A stretch of DNA of 64,000 nucleotides from Candidatus Thorarchaeota archaeon (GCA_048882325.1 JBHLRS010000010.1:39745-103744); one strand, 5' to 3'; numbered from the stretch's first letter, positions 1-10,528 are shown. The notes: generated from the letters alone by a model not told the origin. Numbers and translations: made by a program.

Positions 1-1
1 T

Positions 2-1369
2 GATGGCGGGGCGACGTTCTATGACAAGAATTTCCAGACACCAAGTATCATTGCTGAGGATCCCTTCCGTCAGGGATACTATTCTTTTGATTTACTATTC
101 AGCAACTCAAGTGAGGTTTGGTTGGGTACATGGGGTGGAGGAATGTTCAAGTCTTATGATGCAATGGATCATAATGTCCATGCTGATGGAATTGGAAATA
201 CAATGCTGGGTAAACATGTCTACCAGATTAAAGTAAATCCGAGTCCACCTTTCACGGTCTATGCAGCCACGGAAGAGGGGGTTTTTCTGACAGAGGATTC
301 TGGAGCAACATGGATTAACTTCAGCATGGGTCTTGACTCATTGCAGGTTCGCTCCTTTGAAATCACGTCGAGTGGAAAATTGTTATGTGGAACTCTAGGT
401 TATGGCATTTATGAATATAATAGCACACTGAATCAATGGGTTCAGCAACCACCATTTTCTAATCTTGGGAATGTTTGGCCCATCTGGAGTGATCGACCAT
501 CATATCAATACTCAACCCTATTGTTCCATCCCGTGAACCCTGATATCATATACATAGGGGTATTTCCAGCTGGTATATTCATGAGCACCGATGGTGGGAA
601 CAGCTGGGTTGAAAGTAACACAGGTTGGACAAATGATGGAGTGTTTGCTTTGGAAACTCATCCACAAGACCCTGATATAATCTACGCGGGGACATACAAT
701 GGAATCTCTCGCTCTTTGGATGGTGGTCACACATGGGAGATGTGGGATGATGGCTTTCCTGCTGAGCAATGGACTTTCTCAATTGCATTCGACAATAGAG
801 ACCCAAGTGTAATGTATGCATGCTCGAAAAACGGTGAGAATGAAGGGAACGGCAGAAAAGACTTTGGTGGCACCGTAATGAAGAGCATCAATGGTGGAGA
901 ACATTGGTATGAAATCACAGATGGTTTGAACATCACCCAAGAGTTCTACAAGATTATTGTAGACAAATTCAATCCTGATGTTCTCTATCTCGCCACTGAA
1001 TTCGAAGGTGTATTCATTTCATACAATGGCGGCGATCTCTGGGAGCCTTGGACTGATGGACTCACAAATCTGCGTGCTGGCTCGAGCGGGAACAATATCG
1101 CCAATCCACTGGCACTGTCCGCAGATGGACGCTACCTATACTTTGGTACTTTCGGGACTGGAGTATTTAGGCGGGCCACACTCGGTCCTCCTGTCACAAC
1201 AACAACTTTACCAACTGGTACACAGCCTACTTCAACGATTTCGTCAACAACGCCAACAACAGGTCCTGGAATTCCCTTGCCAATTGAGATTCTGGCTATT
1301 ACTGCTGGAGCAGCTTTGGTAGCCATCATTGCAATCTTGGTAATAATACGAAAGAAGGGTAAATCATGA
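2..1369 (+). CDS. BNR/Asp-box beta-propeller (VPS10/sialidase-like) surface protein with Thr-rich linker and C-terminal membrane anchor; 5'-partial
   Basis: Frame is open from base 2 (DGGATFYDK...). Repeated Asp-box motifs TEDSGATW, STDGGNSW, SLDGGHTW, SINGGEHW, SYNGGDLW; then a T/P-rich stretch, a hydrophobic helix and RKKGKS. Confidence 0.8.
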   Translation, partial: DGGATFYDKNFQTPSIIAEDPFRQGYYSFDLLFSNSSEVWLGTWGGGMFKSYDAMDHNVHADGIGNTMLGKHVYQIKVNPSPPFTVYAATEEGVFLTEDSGATWINFSMGLDSLQVRSFEITSSGKLLCGTLGYGIYEYNSTLNQWVQQPPFSNLGNVWPIWSDRPSYQYSTLLFHPVNPDIIYIGVFPAGIFMSTDGGNSWVESNTGWTNDGVFALETHPQDPDIIYAGTYNGISRSLDGGHTWEMWDDGFPAEQWTFSIAFDNRDPSVMYACSKNGENEGNGRKDFGGTVMKSINGGEHWYEITDGLNITQEFYKIIVDKFNPDVLYLATEFEGVFISYNGGDLWEPWTDGLTNLRAGSSGNNIANPLALSADGRYLYFGTFGTGVFRRATLGPPVTTTTLPTGTQPTSTISSTTPTTGPGIPLPIEILAITAGAALVAIIAILVIIRKKGKS

Positions 1370-1624
1370 TGTGACATTGTCCTTCTCAATCTCAAAGAGA
1401 ACACGAATGTTTCCTACTAGATCTGGAGGCATAGAGTCGAGGTTCAGGTCTAACCATCTGTGTAGGTCTCTCCTAATAGCCTCCTTCTGCTCTAGTTCAG
1501 CAGGAAGTTCTGACCTGTCTTCAGAAACCAGATGGAAATGAGAACATCCACAACTACAAGCTCCTTCGAGGACCATATCAATGTCAACAGAAGTCTTTCC
1601 GCATGATCTACAAACGAACATCAT
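1364..1624 (-). CDS. Zn-ribbon protein, OapC/DUF2072-like
   Basis: N-terminal CxxC (CRSC) ... CxCGxxxF (CSCGCSHF) layout resembles archaeal DUF2072. Confidence 0.5.
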   Translation of the reverse strand: MMFVCRSCGKTSVDIDMVLEGACSCGCSHFHLVSEDRSELPAELEQKEAIRRDLHRWLDLNLDSMPPDLVGNIRVLFEIEKDNVTS

Positions 1625-1750
1625 CTTGACCTAGCTCCAAACAAATGCATCAACAAGTATCTATGAGGATTGGTATGGCTTAGGTAATACAGCCCATTTC
1701 AGGACTAGACTTATTTGGTGCGTGTTAACGCATGTTTTGGGGCGATGCAG

Positions 1751-2008
1751 ATGGCGCGAACTTGTACACTTTGTCATGAAAAGTCTAAGATTCGCTGTGA
1801 CCGTTGTCGCAATGAGTTCTGTCAGGATCATGCAATTAAATGTCCTTCCTGTGGCACGATAACATGCATCCGTGACTTGAATCGAAAGGATGTCTGTATA
1901 GCATGCAATAAGCATCTGGAAATCTGTCCTGAGTGCCTCCTGAATGGCAGAATAGTTCGAACGATTTCTGGCTTCAAGCAATGTCCAGAATGTGGATGGA
2001 GTGGTTAA
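1751..2008 (+). CDS. Small multi-CxxC zinc-finger protein
   Basis: Six CxxC pairs plus CxxH in about 85 aa; start chosen at ATG 1751. Confidence 0.65.
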   Translation: MARTCTLCHEKSKIRCDRCRNEFCQDHAIKCPSCGTITCIRDLNRKDVCIACNKHLEICPECLLNGRIVRTISGFKQCPECGWSG

Positions 2009-2253
2009 AACCAAAACAGAGCTAATAGAAATAGGCTGACTGCAACAATAGCTGCTATCACCCATGTTCTTCTTCCATAGCCCCAGACGATTGGGATTGG
2101 ACCAAGTAGTATAATTCCCCTGCTTTCTCCTTGTTGTTCTCCTGATGCAAAATCCGAGCGCATCAAAACCGATGCTATCCCTGAAATGATGATGAACACA
2201 CCAGTGATGATCAAAGCACAGGCTATCAGGTCAATGAAATCTCCAGCTTGCAA
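2005..2253 (-). CDS. DUF131/TIGR00304-family small membrane protein
   Basis: GIILLGPIPIVWG signature between two TM helices. Confidence 0.8.
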   Translation of the reverse strand: MQAGDFIDLIACALIITGVFIIISGIASVLMRSDFASGEQQGESRGIILLGPIPIVWGYGRRTWVIAAIVAVSLFLLALFWF

Positions 2254-2258
2254 TCAAT

Positions 2259-2822
2259 TCACCTCGCATCGAATACAGTGCTTGTCAAATCGAACTCCAT
2301 CCTCTCGTATCCACCAACCTCATCACCCTCTTGGGCCCAGAGAGTAACAAGGTCGTTATAGATTTCAAAGTCTAAGGTTGTTTCAATCTGTCTAATCTGA
2401 GTGCCTACGGGAAATCTCCAAATAATCTCAAAGTCATATGGAGCTTCCTCCTCCTCCAACCAAGTTTCAATCTTGTTCGAACCATTTTGAAACCTTCCAG
2501 CGAAGTCAATCAGATATATCACAGACACCACTTCTGTGGCTCCTTTTAGAAAAATATCGCAATAATCTACTCGGGATCGAACACGCTCACTATTGATTTC
2601 CACCCTCTCTTTATCAAGAAAGTATTGCATGTTATCCACTAGTTTTTCAACCTCTTTTCTCAATAGATGCTCATCACGGATTACTCTGCGATAGTATCTT
2701 TCAGGATCTAGATACTCATAGCTCAGACGTTCATGTATCTCGCCAGTTCTCGAAACAGAGAAGAACGAATCAGCATGCACTGGTTCAACCAGCTCTGATA
2801 GAGCTCTTTCCAAAATCATCAC
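2259..2822 (-). CDS. Hypothetical acidic protein
   Basis: 187-aa ORF abutting its neighbours in an operon. Confidence 0.7.
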   Translation of the reverse strand: MMILERALSELVEPVHADSFFSVSRTGEIHERLSYEYLDPERYYRRVIRDEHLLRKEVEKLVDNMQYFLDKERVEINSERVRSRVDYCDIFLKGATEVVSVIYLIDFAGRFQNGSNKIETWLEEEEAPYDFEIIWRFPVGTQIRQIETTLDFEIYNDLVTLWAQEGDEVGGYERMEFDLTSTVFDAR

Positions 2823-3824
2823 CTACTCGAGTGGTACGGCATTGATGCCGCTCTCTGAAAGATGTTTTGAAAGGATTCTCCCATTTTCAGTGAAGCAATA
2901 GGCTACTCTAGGATTCACCTCAGTGGCAAAGTCAATCAGACCATTGTAATCGGAGTGCGCACTCAATGGAAAGCCTCTTTCTCTGAATTTACCTACAGTC
3001 CATCCAGAGAGATTGAAGTATTCAAGTTTCGACTCATACTTTGTAAACTTGCTACCTATATTCCGTTTCATATTGTCGACTGTGTGACGAAATGATGAAG
3101 TGACAATGACTGCACCTTCCTCAAGCACTTCAGTCAGATTGTGACTGTACACAGCATGATGTTTCAAGTCGACTCCATGTCTCTTATAGACACTGCAAAT
3201 CTTGTCAATGCTTTTATTGCCAGATACAACCCTGAATCCTCCACTCTGCAGAAGAGCGATTGCTTCTTGGGATTTTCCTAAGGAATATGCATGGAAAAGA
3301 GGGATTTTTCCTTCATCCACCAGTTTTGCTGCTGCATCTAATATACTCTCATAGATTTTTTTCCGTTTTGGAAAGATCCATTGCGGTGCCCCGTATGTAG
3401 CCTCAGTTATCAATACATCCGCTTGAACTGGTTCAGCTGCTTTGTGAACCAGACTGTCGACATTGTTGAAATCCCCAGTATACAGAACAGTGAGATCATC
3501 ATTAAACTCCAGTAAAAACATCGTAGACCCAAGCACATGTCCTGCATCCAAGGCAGTTATGTTGACTCCTATCTGCCCAAACATATCTCCATATTTGATG
3601 ATGGTCTTATTCTCGAACTGGATTGACCTTCTTGCTTGCCATGTTTCTATGGTTCCCTTTGTGGCTATGATGTGCTCTGCCTTCATAAGTCCCCCAATGT
3701 GGTCCGAATGAGAGTGCGTTAGAAGTGTAGTTTCACCTTTAACCCCAGTATCCAAAGCTAGTTTCACGTCACCATACTCCAGCAGAAAACCAGTACCACT
3801 TTTTTTCAGGCTGATAGTAGACAT
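2823..3824 (-). CDS. Metallo-beta-lactamase/beta-CASP nuclease
   Basis: THSHSDHIG, AGHVLGS, YTGDF, EATYG, GKSQE and LSAHSD motifs; ATG at 3824 follows GGAAGG. Confidence 0.9.
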   Translation of the reverse strand: MSTISLKKSGTGFLLEYGDVKLALDTGVKGETTLLTHSHSDHIGGLMKAEHIIATKGTIETWQARRSIQFENKTIIKYGDMFGQIGVNITALDAGHVLGSTMFLLEFNDDLTVLYTGDFNNVDSLVHKAAEPVQADVLITEATYGAPQWIFPKRKKIYESILDAAAKLVDEGKIPLFHAYSLGKSQEAIALLQSGGFRVVSGNKSIDKICSVYKRHGVDLKHHAVYSHNLTEVLEEGAVIVTSSFRHTVDNMKRNIGSKFTKYESKLEYFNLSGWTVGKFRERGFPLSAHSDYNGLIDFATEVNPRVAYCFTENGRILSKHLSESGINAVPLE

Positions 3825-3883
3825 ATGATGACCTTCCTGAGAGAGACTTGTGTCGAACAAAAGGGTTTCCAAGCACCTACACC

Positions 3884-4771
3884 TTAGAGTGGTTTCCTTA
3901 ACAGTGATAACTTCCTACATGAGGATTGGTTGCTTTTGTTCTCAAGGGCCTGAGCGAGGTTTCCCTGTCCCTCACCGACCAATGGTAACTCTATTTTTGT
4001 CATACCACTTTCCAAAGCCATTGCTATTAGAGCATCAGCGAGTCTTTCCCAACTTAGTCTTTCAGGGTCTGAAACCACCGGATAAATACAGAACCTGTCC
4101 GATAGTTTCCAGAATCCAACAACAGCCTCTGTTTTTCCGTTTCTTTCTATCGTAACTAGACAATTCATTTCCACAGAAAAATCTCGCGCCAACCATACAA
4201 GCGAGTTAGTGAGTCCCATAGGTTTACTCTGGTCCCATATTAGCTCCCTCACTTCATCAGAATTGACCTCCTCTGTCCAAGCGAGAGGGGTCTTGTCGAT
4301 ACTTTTATCCAATGTGAACGACCAGTGTTCAAGATTCGCTATTTTTAAGAAACCAATCCGCTTAAGAATCTCAGTTGCCCAAGGGTCTAATTCCAGACTT
4401 AGTGGAAAGCTCAGAGGATTTGTACTTCCATCCCGTGATACTAGTGCATCGACATCTCGGATTGCTACAGTCTTGAAGAAGGGTAAGGATGATTTGATAA
4501 TCTGGAACGCAGCTGAGTCTCTGAACTCCTTTTCAACTGCGACAGATGCAAGCACCATAGCAAGTCTTGTCTTGTCTCTGTAGATTGAAGTTCCGCCAAT
4601 GATCTTGTTCTCCAATGATGAAACGAATGTGATACTCTCTGGCAGGAGTAAGAACGATTTAGCAAGATTATGGTTCTTGTAGCTGGTTTCACTTGTTTCT
4701 CTCAGGATTTTCAACCATACCTCGACCTGATCTTTGCTCAATCTGCCATTGAACATGACTGGTTTATCCAT
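3884..4771 (-). CDS. Hypothetical protein, probable tandem GNAT-fold acetyltransferase
   Basis: SVAVEKEFR and LKRIGF resemble GNAT motifs A and B. Confidence 0.5.
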   Translation of the reverse strand: MDKPVMFNGRLSKDQVEVWLKILRETSETSYKNHNLAKSFLLLPESITFVSSLENKIIGGTSIYRDKTRLAMVLASVAVEKEFRDSAAFQIIKSSLPFFKTVAIRDVDALVSRDGSTNPLSFPLSLELDPWATEILKRIGFLKIANLEHWSFTLDKSIDKTPLAWTEEVNSDEVRELIWDQSKPMGLTNSLVWLARDFSVEMNCLVTIERNGKTEAVVGFWKLSDRFCIYPVVSDPERLSWERLADALIAMALESGMTKIELPLVGEGQGNLAQALENKSNQSSCRKLSLLRKPL

Positions 4772-4888
4772 CAGGTTCCCTCGAATATTCCTGTACTTCC
4801 TATTCTAATGGTTGGTTGATGTGCGACTCATAAGTCATATGCAGCTCTCATCGAAGGGTTTATTCACTGTCAGGGAACATCTTGGAAG

Positions 4889-5884
4889 TTGAAAATGCAG
4901 TCGCTTGTATTAACTGCAGATGGTCTTCAACTTGCAGACACGCCAATACCGCCCCTCATGCCTGGCGATGTAAGAATTGAGATTCGTTCTGTAGGTATCT
5001 GTGGAACTGATTTAGCAATATGGAAAGGTGATTATGAAGCACCTCTTCCAATCGTATTGGGCCATGAAATTGCAGGGGCAGTACACGAAAGCTCAGTTCC
5101 TGATATAGTACCCGGAACCATTGTTACAACAGAATTGGATATAGCATGCGGACGTTGTTGGTATTGCAGAACAGGGAATCGTCATCATTGTGCAGATAAA
5201 GAGGTTCTAGGTATAACCCGAGATGGAGGTCTATCGGAGTATATCAGTGTTCCAGCTGAGTTGATCCACCCGTTGCCAGCTGGCGTCGATGTTGTGTCTG
5301 GCACATTTGTTGAGCCACTTGCTTCTGCCATAAAAACTGCGTTAGTGAGCCCTGCTGAAGAAGGCGAAGCAGTACTCATCATTGGTAGCGGGAAGATTGC
5401 TTTGCTGCAGGCTCAAGTCTATGATGCGAGTGGTGCGGATGTCTATATCGTTGGAAGAAATAGATGGCAATTGGGTCTCGCTCGACAACTAGGACTAATG
5501 AGTACATTGGACGTAAGTAACGAGAACTGGAAGAATAAGATTCTTGAAGTCACGCATGGAGTCGGACCTCGAATTGTAGTTGAGGCCACTGGTAATACTG
5601 ATGGGATTGGTATGGCATTTGACATTGTTAGGAATGGAGGAACCATCAATCTCAAGAGTATGCATGGTTGTGATTTCCAAATAGATCCTTCAAGTATTGT
5701 GTCAAAAGAATTGACAATCAACGGAGCCAGTAGTGGACCATATGACAAGGCCATAGAGATGCTTCAATTGGGGAGAATTGAGGTGAAGCGTCTAGTATCT
5801 AAGTCATTCAGTCTAGAAGAAGGACCAAAGGCCTTCGAGCATGCAGCTCAACCGTCTGTGACAAAAGTAGTAATCAACATCTGA
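4889..5884 (+). CDS. Zn-dependent medium-chain alcohol dehydrogenase (threonine dehydrogenase-like)
   Basis: GICGTD, GHE, CxxCxxCx7C structural Zn site, GSGKIA nucleotide loop. Confidence 0.92.
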   Translation: MKMQSLVLTADGLQLADTPIPPLMPGDVRIEIRSVGICGTDLAIWKGDYEAPLPIVLGHEIAGAVHESSVPDIVPGTIVTTELDIACGRCWYCRTGNRHHCADKEVLGITRDGGLSEYISVPAELIHPLPAGVDVVSGTFVEPLASAIKTALVSPAEEGEAVLIIGSGKIALLQAQVYDASGADVYIVGRNRWQLGLARQLGLMSTLDVSNENWKNKILEVTHGVGPRIVVEATGNTDGIGMAFDIVRNGGTINLKSMHGCDFQIDPSSIVSKELTINGASSGPYDKAIEMLQLGRIEVKRLVSKSFSLEEGPKAFEHAAQPSVTKVVINI

Positions 5885-5895
5885 GGGATTTATGA

Positions 5896-7170
5896 ATGCC
5901 TCAGTTCGATACTGACCTTCATATACACTCCTCTCATTCGATTGGTGTCAGTAAGGTCATGACTATTCCGATGCTTGCACAAGGTGCTAAGGAAAAGGGA
6001 CTACAAATCATAGGGTCGGGTGACGCAACTCAACCTGATTGGCTTCAACATCTGGAAAAGCACCTCTCACTCAAGGATGGTATTCTGAAACATAATTCAA
6101 TTGCATTCATTCCGACTGTAGAGATTGAAGACATCGAATCTATTCATCATATCGCTATACTCCCAGATTTTGAGTCCGTCGATAAATTGCGAACCTCACT
6201 CAAACCTCATTCTCCTAACATTGATGATGAATGGGGCGGACGACCTCGAGCTCGAATAGATGGAGAAACACTCGCAGGATTCGTTCGGGAAGCAGGTGGC
6301 ATGTTAGGACCTGCGCATGCTTTCACACCATTCAGGTCAATCTTTCGAGAGAACAAACATTCGAGTCTTGAATCATGCTATGGTCATGAAACACCTCACA
6401 TTCATTTTCTAGAGTTAGGTCTCTCCGCAGATTCTACTACAGCGGATTTTATTCCCGATCTTAGGCGACTGACATACATAACATCAAGTGATGCACACTC
6501 TCCATCACCTAACAAACTTGGACGTGAGTTTGTTCGATTTGAAATGAAAGAACCAACTTATGACGAGTTGAAGCTCGCGATCATGAGGAAAAGTGGACGA
6601 AAACCCCTGTTGAATGTTGGACTCGATCCAAGACTTGGAAAATACTTTCTCTCATTCTGTTCCAGTTGCAGACGGACGTTGATTGTCCAGGATGGAAACG
6701 CCTCACCGAGCTTTGATAACCTGAATATCTACATTAGCTGCGAAAATAAAACAGAACGGAAACGTCTGTTAGACGACATTCACGGACGAAAGGTGATATG
6801 CCCAGCAGATGGCAAGAAGCTGAGACTCGGTGTCAATGACCGCGCTGCTGCAATTGGGGATGGGGAGGTGAAAACGCCATCTCATCGTCCGCCTTATATG
6901 CGCATTGCACCACTCCTCGATATTATTGCTCTGTCTCTTGATGTGAAATCCGCCTCCTCAAAACGTGCGAGGTCTTTATACGACCAGATGCGTGAAAGAT
7001 TCGGTCCCGAAACACTCATCGTTACAGAAGCTCCCATAGAGGAAATACAGGAACTCAATAAACGAGTTGCCCAGTTGATCGAAGCATACCGGAACAAGTC
7101 GATTGGATACATAGTGGGTGGTGGAGGTCGATATGGAACACTCATACCCCCGTGGGAGAGTAATCGGTGA
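5896..7170 (+). CDS. endoQ: Endonuclease Q / TIGR00375 PHP-domain protein
   Basis: DLHIHS, GPAHAFTP, ELGLSAD, SDAHS, GRE, GKY and GGGGRYG motifs. Confidence 0.85.
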   Translation: MPQFDTDLHIHSSHSIGVSKVMTIPMLAQGAKEKGLQIIGSGDATQPDWLQHLEKHLSLKDGILKHNSIAFIPTVEIEDIESIHHIAILPDFESVDKLRTSLKPHSPNIDDEWGGRPRARIDGETLAGFVREAGGMLGPAHAFTPFRSIFRENKHSSLESCYGHETPHIHFLELGLSADSTTADFIPDLRRLTYITSSDAHSPSPNKLGREFVRFEMKEPTYDELKLAIMRKSGRKPLLNVGLDPRLGKYFLSFCSSCRRTLIVQDGNASPSFDNLNIYISCENKTERKRLLDDIHGRKVICPADGKKLRLGVNDRAAAIGDGEVKTPSHRPPYMRIAPLLDIIALSLDVKSASSKRARSLYDQMRERFGPETLIVTEAPIEEIQELNKRVAQLIEAYRNKSIGYIVGGGGRYGTLIPPWESNR

Positions 7171-7475
7171 TGACTGTAGTACGTGGCATAATTCGAGAGA
7201 TTGGTAAAAGCAGGACAACTCGGGTTGCTGCCCGTCGTTGGTATGGAACTACTGATTTAGTGATTCAGCATGAAGAAACTGGTCAGACCTACAGTGTACG
7301 CTTATCTGCAAATGTCATGGATCGATGCAGGTTTCTACCACGTGTTGGCATGAAAGTCATTCTTCATGGGTATGTTGAGGAAGCTGAGTATGGACTCTCC
7401 GACTTTGTGGTTTCCAGGGTGACTGACATCAAACGAGAAGGAGCAGGCGTAAAAAAAGTTCACAAACTGGACTGA
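7167..7475 (+). CDS. Small OB-fold-like protein
   Basis: Beta-strand pattern VRGII ... PRVGMKVILHG; overlaps the endoQ stop. Confidence 0.5.
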   Translation: MMTVVRGIIREIGKSRTTRVAARRWYGTTDLVIQHEETGQTYSVRLSANVMDRCRFLPRVGMKVILHGYVEEAEYGLSDFVVSRVTDIKREGAGVKKVHKLD

Positions 7476-7478
7476 ATC

Positions 7479-7778
7479 CTACCTCTTTTGTCGAATTATA
7501 AAAGCTGGTGCTAGAATCCATTGAGATTTACATTTGGGGCACTTTCCTGGTGCTCTTGCTGACTTTCCTACTTTAAATGTAAATTGACATTTGCCACAGA
7601 CTGCGGGACGGATAAGGAGTTCTTTGTTCTCTCTCTTCACTGATTTTGAGATATGGTCTATGTCCTCATATACAATGGACCGTTTCTTAATGTCCAACCT
7701 TTCGCAGATTTCCTCCGCTGTCATTGGATGTTCAATCGTTTCCAAGAGAGCCGCGATTGTTTCCCTTCTTGTTGGCAT
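7479..7778 (-). CDS. HTH plus Zn-ribbon transcription regulator (COG3357-like)
   Basis: TRRETI...VYEDIDHI HTH; CGKC and CPKCKS pairs; start at ATG 7778. Confidence 0.85.
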   Translation of the reverse strand: MPTRRETIAALLETIEHPMTAEEICERLDIKKRSIVYEDIDHISKSVKRENKELLIRPAVCGKCQFTFKVGKSARAPGKCPKCKSQWILAPAFIIRQKR

Positions 7779-7896
7779 TACAATCAGACTATGAAGGTCT
7801 GAAGAAATATACTTTGGGCTGTACAGTGTTTTGAACAGTCTGTACAAAACGTAGAGTCATATTCTTTCTAATCGAGGTATTTTATGTGATGTAAAA

Positions 7897-8595
7897 ATGA
7901 AAGATTACAACACTGGTGTATCAAGTAAGGTAATGGCCTCAGTCTTAGCCGCCGTGGTTTTGACAGCCGGTGTAGTTGCCGTCGCCATTTATTTCCCTAG
8001 TATTAATGAACCAGAACCTCCGGTTCCTACAAGCCTTGGAGCCAGGACTGCAGACTTCCTTAACTCGATGCGAAACAATGTACAGCATTATTTCATTGCT
8101 AACTGTAGCTTGGTGAATGAAGATCTCACCAGTTTCTATGCTCAATCAGAACCTACTGCGTTTGTAGATGGTGTCATGATGAACCGAACAGAAACTGGCG
8201 GGACTATCGATGTACTCTTCTCACCATGGAGTGCGGGAGTAATCGGTAGCGGTGCATTATCCACTTCACAATGGGACAGTTTGAGTGGTCTCATAGTGGA
8301 TGATGGAATTGGACAGATGAATGAATCCGAAACACCCGGTGGAGAATCTATGTATCCACTGGATCTTTACTTTGCAATGTTCTTTGATGACTTGACTTGC
8401 TTCTTTTTGCAATACTCAAGTATTGAAGGCCTTGTCATAATTCAGAACGGAACCTGGACAGGTGAGTACTGGGATGGGAATCCAATTGTGGCTTCATTTG
8501 GCGAAATCTACTGGCTTGTTGAGGATGGACATCTCGCTACTGCGATTGACGCACTCTATACTACAATAACTTCAACTGTAAGCTACCCAGAGTGA
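7897..8595 (+). CDS. N-terminally anchored extracellular hypothetical protein
   Basis: N-terminal hydrophobic helix, acidic body with NxS/T sequons. Confidence 0.7.
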   Translation: MKDYNTGVSSKVMASVLAAVVLTAGVVAVAIYFPSINEPEPPVPTSLGARTADFLNSMRNNVQHYFIANCSLVNEDLTSFYAQSEPTAFVDGVMMNRTETGGTIDVLFSPWSAGVIGSGALSTSQWDSLSGLIVDDGIGQMNESETPGGESMYPLDLYFAMFFDDLTCFFLQYSSIEGLVIIQNGTWTGEYWDGNPIVASFGEIYWLVEDGHLATAIDALYTTITSTVSYPE

Positions 8596-8627
8596 TGGGC
8601 TTTGCGCCCATCCTCTCAATTTTATTT
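8594..8627 (+). terminator. Stem-loop plus pyrimidine tract
   Basis: GATGGGC-TTTGC-GCCCATC followed by CTCTCAATTTTATTT. Confidence 0.5.
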
Positions 8628-8655
8628 GATGAATGCAATAATCCTCTGTGGTTAA

Positions 8656-9102
8656 ATGAATAGAGAAGATGACAAGGATTTAGTCGACAAGCTCCTCAAG
8701 GGCCGGACAATGAGTGTTTACGCTTTGCTACTCGCCAATGGTGAAATGGGTGTGAGAGATGTCCAGAGAGCCTTGAGCTTCTCTAGTCCAAGCCTTGCCC
8801 TTCATCACCTGACAAAACTATCAGAGCTTAATCTAGTCACTAAGGATGTTGATGGAGTCTACAGTGTTACACGAACTGTCAGAGTTGGATCACTATCCTT
8901 ATTCATCAAGTTTGGCACACGACTTCTTCCGAGATTTCTTTTCCTTGGAACACTGTTCAGTGCAATGTTGGTGATATACCTCATTATCTTCTCATCATGG
9001 CCCTTGACTGGAGGAGATATAATGTTCATTGCCATGAGTTTGATTGCCATTCTGCTCTCCTTTTATGAAACACGCAGAATTTGGCTTTTAAAGCCATTTT
9101 GA
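8656..9102 (+). CDS. Membrane-tethered winged-helix transcription regulator
   Basis: GVRDVQRALSFSSPSLALHHLTKL wHTH followed by two TM helices. Confidence 0.8.
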   Translation: MNREDDKDLVDKLLKGRTMSVYALLLANGEMGVRDVQRALSFSSPSLALHHLTKLSELNLVTKDVDGVYSVTRTVRVGSLSLFIKFGTRLLPRFLFLGTLFSAMLVIYLIIFSSWPLTGGDIMFIAMSLIAILLSFYETRRIWLLKPF

Positions 9103-9181
9103 TATCTCGGTAACTTTGAGAGGAAGATATAGGTCTAAATGTGTTGAAACACTACTTACTTGTGTTGAGTAGAAACTAGGG

Positions 9182-10456
9182 ATGACATTAGCTTTGGAAC
9201 AGATGAAACTTGAACCCCAACCTGAGAAGGTACAGAGGCTGTCATATAATGATAGAGTGTGTGCTAGATGTATGGGGCATCGTCATCTCTGTGGAGTTAA
9301 ACCATGTCCAATTCTGATGAGAGCCAAAGCACAGGCTCGAATTGATGAAGCATTCACCGGAACTGATCTGACCGGAGCATCTCCTCCATCGGTTTTTGTT
9401 GGTGAAGCTGGATATCCCAAAGTTCTTGCAGGCCCTCTTGTCCCCCCTCTCCGTTCAGACGAAGCACGGTACATGGAGCGTCCAGACTACTGGCTTACTA
9501 AGAGTATCGATGAAATCTTAGCACTTAGATTCAGTCTTGTCCGCACGAAGAAGTACATTCCCGTTACAGCTGCTCAGGATCCTACAAGGGAGCTTGCTGA
9601 AACGCAGACTCTTGCATTATCAGAATCACCGCTTGTGTCGGAAGCGACTCTACTCAAGAGACCTCAATTCACAGCTGTACTATCTGATGTCACTCTCCCT
9701 CTTGGTCCCTCTGCTCCTCTTCGGACGTTCAAATTGGAGGACAATCCAAAGGTCCCTAAAGTGATTGATCGTGTGACATCCGATACCGACCTATTAGCTG
9801 TGAGTGGTGTCCGAGATCTCTTCGACAGTGGTATTAGACTTGAACATATCACAAGACTTCTCTCTGTGGGAACACTTGGTCAGAAGAAGACACGAAGACT
9901 CGTACCCACCAAATGGAGCATCACCGCGACAGATGACATAATAGGAAAACAACTCCATAAAGAAGTCTTACGGAATCCCTGGATCAATGATTATAGAGTC
10001 AGCATCGATAATGCATTAGGCAACACAGTTGCACTTCTCTTTCTACCAAGTGGATGGCAGTTTGAAGCGATGGAGTCCTGGCTTGGTGGGCTCAAACCAC
10101 CAATCATCACTGATCATGAATGGTTCAAGGGCAGAAAGGATTATGCCAGAAGAGTAGTTGGAGCATACTATGCAACCAAACTCCCAGTACTTGAGTATCT
10201 TGTCAACATTCGAAGACAAGCGGGAGTCATCGTATTCATGGAGATTGACCCGCAACACTGGGTACCCCTTGGTGTCTGGAGGTTCAGAGAGATTGCTAAG
10301 AGAGCATTGGAAACGAATGTGAGGAGTTTCGGTACTCTTGATGAAGCGTTACAGGAAATTTCAGGTCATCTTCGCATACCTATGCACCGCTGGCTTGAAT
10401 CTAGCAAGATATACCCAGAATTCAGAAACCAGACTAAACTTACTGACTTCTGGTAA
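9182..10456 (+). CDS. nreA: Nre family DNA repair protein with C-terminal PIP box
   Basis: N-terminal CxxC...LCG...CP, SPPSVFVG, LVPTKWSITATDD, GAYYA, PLGVW; ends QTKLTDFW. Confidence 0.92.
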   Translation: MTLALEQMKLEPQPEKVQRLSYNDRVCARCMGHRHLCGVKPCPILMRAKAQARIDEAFTGTDLTGASPPSVFVGEAGYPKVLAGPLVPPLRSDEARYMERPDYWLTKSIDEILALRFSLVRTKKYIPVTAAQDPTRELAETQTLALSESPLVSEATLLKRPQFTAVLSDVTLPLGPSAPLRTFKLEDNPKVPKVIDRVTSDTDLLAVSGVRDLFDSGIRLEHITRLLSVGTLGQKKTRRLVPTKWSITATDDIIGKQLHKEVLRNPWINDYRVSIDNALGNTVALLFLPSGWQFEAMESWLGGLKPPIITDHEWFKGRKDYARRVVGAYYATKLPVLEYLVNIRRQAGVIVFMEIDPQHWVPLGVWRFREIAKRALETNVRSFGTLDEALQEISGHLRIPMHRWLESSKIYPEFRNQTKLTDFW

Positions 10457-10528
10457 AACTCTCCAATGAATCTATCATACATTTGTCTTTTAATATATTC
10501 AACAATAAGAATAAGCGGAGAGTTTGAT

